NCBI GenBank assembly: GCA_026692735.1
Contig: JAPLOD010000620.1
Span: 1-23,093, forward strand
DNA from: Planctomycetota bacterium
GTDB lineage: Bacteria; Planctomycetota; SZUA-567; H5-PLA8
DNA: 23,093 bases
Direction: 5' to 3'
This document shows, one piece after another, positions 21,066 through 23,093 of the stretch; position 1 is the stretch's first letter; every line of letters begins with the position of its first letter. The position numbers and the translations under genes are program-made. The notes beneath the pieces are model-generated. The model did not search any database, was not told the DNA's origin, and saw only the letters and a list, made by a program, of their open reading frames with translations.

Positions 21066-21656
21066 GTGGTGCTGAACGATGCAACGCTGGTTCTGAACAA
21101 GCACTGGGTGCCGGTGGATTTCACCACGGTGTTGGACGCGCTATGCAAGCTGTACGCGGGTTCTGCGCGCGCCATCAAGCCTGACGATTACTCCGTGCAC
21201 GACTTCGAATCGTGGGCGCAGTTGAAGGTTGCCGAGGGCGCTCCCTGCGTGCGCACGGCCACCATCGCCATACCCGTGCCCGAGGTGATCATCCTGGCAC
21301 ACTATGGCCGCGTTCCAGACAGGGGCCTGGCGTTCTCGCGCGGCAATCTGTTCAGGCGTGACCGTTACACGTGTCAGTACTGCGGCAGGCGCCCGGGCAC
21401 CGCGGAACTCACGATTGACCACGTCAGCCCGCGCAGCCGCGGTGGCATCTCAAGCTGGACCAACTGCGTCGTTGCCTGCTTGAAGTGCAACTCCAGGAAG
21501 GCCAACAGGACGGCGGCGGAAGCCGGCCTTGTGCTGCGCCGGCAGCCTGCGAAGCCGGAGTGGAGCCCGCGGCTGGTTGTGGCTCGGATTCCGTGCAAGG
21601 CGAGCTGGGAGAAGTTCGTCTCGGACGCCTACTGGAACGTGGAACTGAAGGAGTAA
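21066..21656 (+). CDS. HNH endonuclease family protein
   Basis: GTG at 21066 with GGGAGGA (21054-21060) 5-6 nt upstream. 196 aa. Contains CQYCG(20)LTIDHVSPRSRGG(10)NCVVACLKCNSRK, a zinc-finger-flanked H-N-H motif. The ORF-track N-terminal extension back to 20961 is translation of the upstream repeat (MRIDDCGVRIG...). Confidence 0.7.
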   Translation: MVLNDATLVLNKHWVPVDFTTVLDALCKLYAGSARAIKPDDYSVHDFESWAQLKVAEGAPCVRTATIAIPVPEVIILAHYGRVPDRGLAFSRGNLFRRDRYTCQYCGRRPGTAELTIDHVSPRSRGGISSWTNCVVACLKCNSRKANRTAAEAGLVLRRQPAKPEWSPRLVVARIPCKASWEKFVSDAYWNVELKE

Positions 21657-21673
21657 GCATAGTCTGAAGGTGG

Positions 21674-21700
21674 GGGCCGGATCGCGGGCAGCGGTCCGGC
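21674..21700. terminator. Intergenic hairpin between convergent HNH and transporter genes (possible bidirectional terminator)
   Basis: GGCCGGA-TCGCGGGCAGCGG-TCCGGCC: 7-bp GC-rich stem, 18 nt after the HNH stop and about 40 nt after the minus-strand gene stop. No clear U-tract, so confidence is modest. Confidence 0.4.
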
Positions 21701-21740
21701 CCTCAGCGCAAGCTCCGAGAAACCTTGAGCCCGCCGGGAC

Positions 21741-22802
21741 TCAGAGCGCTTCGCCCATGGCGTTGCCCTTGCCCAGGATGCATACGCCGATGATGAGTAT
21801 GACAATCCCGGCGACGATCCAGGCAATGCTCTGCCGGCTGGCGCCTTTCCATTCGCCGCTGCGGAAACCATGCACGTTGCCGACGATGATGGCGAACGAC
21901 ATGAACGCGGCGTAGCCAACCGAAATGCCCAGTGTGCCGAGGTTCGAGAAAGCCAGGCCGAAGAAAAGGATCGCGCCATCGTGCAGGAAGGCCATCGTGG
22001 CGGCCAGCAGCAGGACCAGGCCCACGCCCGGCTTGGCAAAGCTGGACCACGTCTTGTTCTTCGTGAGCTGGAAGCCGCAGTAGAGACACGATGACACCGC
22101 GCCGCCCCACAGGATCAACGCCATCACCGCGAACGCGGCGCGCCATGACGAGTTGCCGAAGTTCTCCGCTGCAACGGTCCCGACTTTGCCGGCAAAACTC
22201 GCCGCCACCGCGTAGCACGCGCACAAGATGCCGGAGACGAGGCCGATGATCACGCCGACGAGCATCCTCGGTCTACGCGCGTCGGTCTCGGAAGCCGCTG
22301 CATCGGTTTTGCTTTCCTTGATGCTCTGTTCCTTCAGCAGGGCTGCCTTGCCGCACACGATCACGCCGAGCACGCACACGGCGACCCCCGCCAGGATCAC
22401 GTAGCCGGCAGGTGTCCCGACCTTGTCGGCGTTGTGGATGAGCATCGGCGCCATGGAGCCGAAGATGATCTGCGCGCCGTAGTTGATCGAATACGCGAGC
22501 GACAGGCCGATGAACGCAAAACTCATCCCCAGCGTCATGGAGCCGAGGCCCCAGAGGAAGCCGAAGACCAGGGGCATGATAAGAGCCTCGACGCCCGCGG
22601 TGGAGTAGATGGCGTAGAACTCGTTCACCAGGAGCGGACCGAAGATGACCGGGATCAGCACGGTGACGAAAAGGAAGAACGGCCCCCACAGGTTCTCCCA
22701 CGCCATGCTTTTGGGAGCGTACTTGCTTGGCAGTCCAAATGAGCCGCCGCAGATCGCGCCCAGAAGCACAAAGACGAACCCCCAGATCATCGCTGTAGTC
22801 AT
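21741..22802 (-). CDS. RhaT-family sugar:H+ symporter (L-rhamnose-proton symporter-like, DMT superfamily)
   Basis: Start chosen at the ATG at 22800-22802 (MTTAMIWGFVFVLLGAICGGSFGLPSKYAPK...); the ORF-track N-terminal 25 aa look non-native. About 10 predicted TMs. N-terminal motifs align with E. coli RhaT (IG..SA..YAPFKKV..WSWE..W and FG.MWG.GN.NYG). Confidence 0.75.
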   Translation of the reverse strand: MTTAMIWGFVFVLLGAICGGSFGLPSKYAPKSMAWENLWGPFFLFVTVLIPVIFGPLLVNEFYAIYSTAGVEALIMPLVFGFLWGLGSMTLGMSFAFIGLSLAYSINYGAQIIFGSMAPMLIHNADKVGTPAGYVILAGVAVCVLGVIVCGKAALLKEQSIKESKTDAAASETDARRPRMLVGVIIGLVSGILCACYAVAASFAGKVGTVAAENFGNSSWRAAFAVMALILWGGAVSSCLYCGFQLTKNKTWSSFAKPGVGLVLLLAATMAFLHDGAILFFGLAFSNLGTLGISVGYAAFMSFAIIVGNVHGFRSGEWKGASRQSIAWIVAGIVILIIGVCILGKGNAMGEAL

Positions 22803-22979
22803 TGGCCCGCCCCCGAACCGTGTGCCACACCATGGAATGGTGTCGTCCGCCACACCACGACCCCGTCCCGACGCCAACTCTGGAATGAAGCCCTATTGTA
22901 GTGTCCCTCGCGCGCCCTTGCCAGCAGCTTCACGGGACCGCGACTGCCACTGGGGTGTGTTTCATCACAGTTAGTGTTT

Positions 22980-23093
22980 TCAAGCCGGAATAGCAAGGAT
23001 TGGGACGGGCGGAGGCCAGCGGCGTTGCCAACGCCCATCTTGCGAGAGGATGGCGGCTTTGACCTGGTGGCCGGCGTTGGCGATGCGGCGCGT
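22980..23093 (-). CDS. Possible 3' end of a minus-strand CDS running off the window (low confidence)
   Basis: Reverse-strand frame reads ...TRRIANAGHQVKAAILSQDGRWQRRWPPPVPILAIPA-stop (TGA at 22980-22982) with no stop back to the window edge. Only 37 codons visible, not enough to classify. Confidence 0.2.
   Translation of the reverse strand, partial: TRRIANAGHQVKAAILSQDGRWQRRWPPPVPILAIPA

Noticed and set aside
15355-21104. Numerous ORFs in all six frames across the tRNA region (e.g. 17349..18506, 20006..21178, 16518..17345; peptides rich in IADCGL / IRNPQS)
   Set aside because: They are translations of the heptad repeats and of tRNA genes. They have a repetitive peptide pattern in every frame, no RBS, and overlap structured RNA genes.
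22799-23038. 79-aa minus-strand ORF upstream of the transporter gene
   Set aside because: No RBS, odd composition (W/R/G-rich), and it overlaps the likely promoter region of the transporter gene. Only the separate frame ending at 22980 is retained, and that as low confidence.

Overview
The window is high-GC (about 65-70%) bacterial DNA. The content resembles Planctomycetota/Verrucomicrobiota (Tat-signal Gfo/Idh/MocA enzyme, giant TPR proteins, discoidin-domain protein), but that is inference only.

Layout, 5' to 3':
- (i) A 5'-truncated HEAT-repeat/discoidin-domain gene and a Tat-signal Gfo/Idh/MocA oxidoreductase on the + strand.
- (ii) A minus-strand, translationally coupled five-gene cluster: two giant TPR proteins (about 1478 and 1152 aa), ExbB/TolQ, ExbD/TolR, and a TonB-positioned protein with an N-terminal TM anchor, an acidic/Pro-rich linker and a squalene-cyclase/prenyltransferase-type (QW-repeat) C-terminal domain.
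- (iii) A 735-bp AT-richer non-coding region containing a clear rho-independent terminator.
- (iv) A dense + strand tRNA gene array of about 34 tRNA or tRNA-like genes covering essentially all amino acids, in two blocks (14957-18224 and 19805-20955). The blocks are separated by an SPFH/band-7 gene, and the array is followed by an HNH endonuclease gene.
- (v) A convergent RhaT-family sugar symporter gene, and possibly the 3' end of another minus-strand gene at the window edge.

The most striking non-genic signal is a family of 14 copies of a 70-105 bp palindromic element. Each copy is built from tandem GATTGNG heptads, mirrored as CNCAATC heptads in the opposite arm, and each sits 1-3 nt after the encoded CCA end of a tRNA. 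Many six-frame ORFs in the array (the IADCGLRIG... and IRNPQS... peptides) are translation artefacts of these repeats.

Several tRNAs in the array are noncanonical: a T54-G55-C56 T-loop, C33, missing G18G19, a class-I tRNA with a UAG anticodon, and degenerate arms. All tRNA folds were done by hand and need tRNAscan-SE/ARAGORN/Infernal confirmation.
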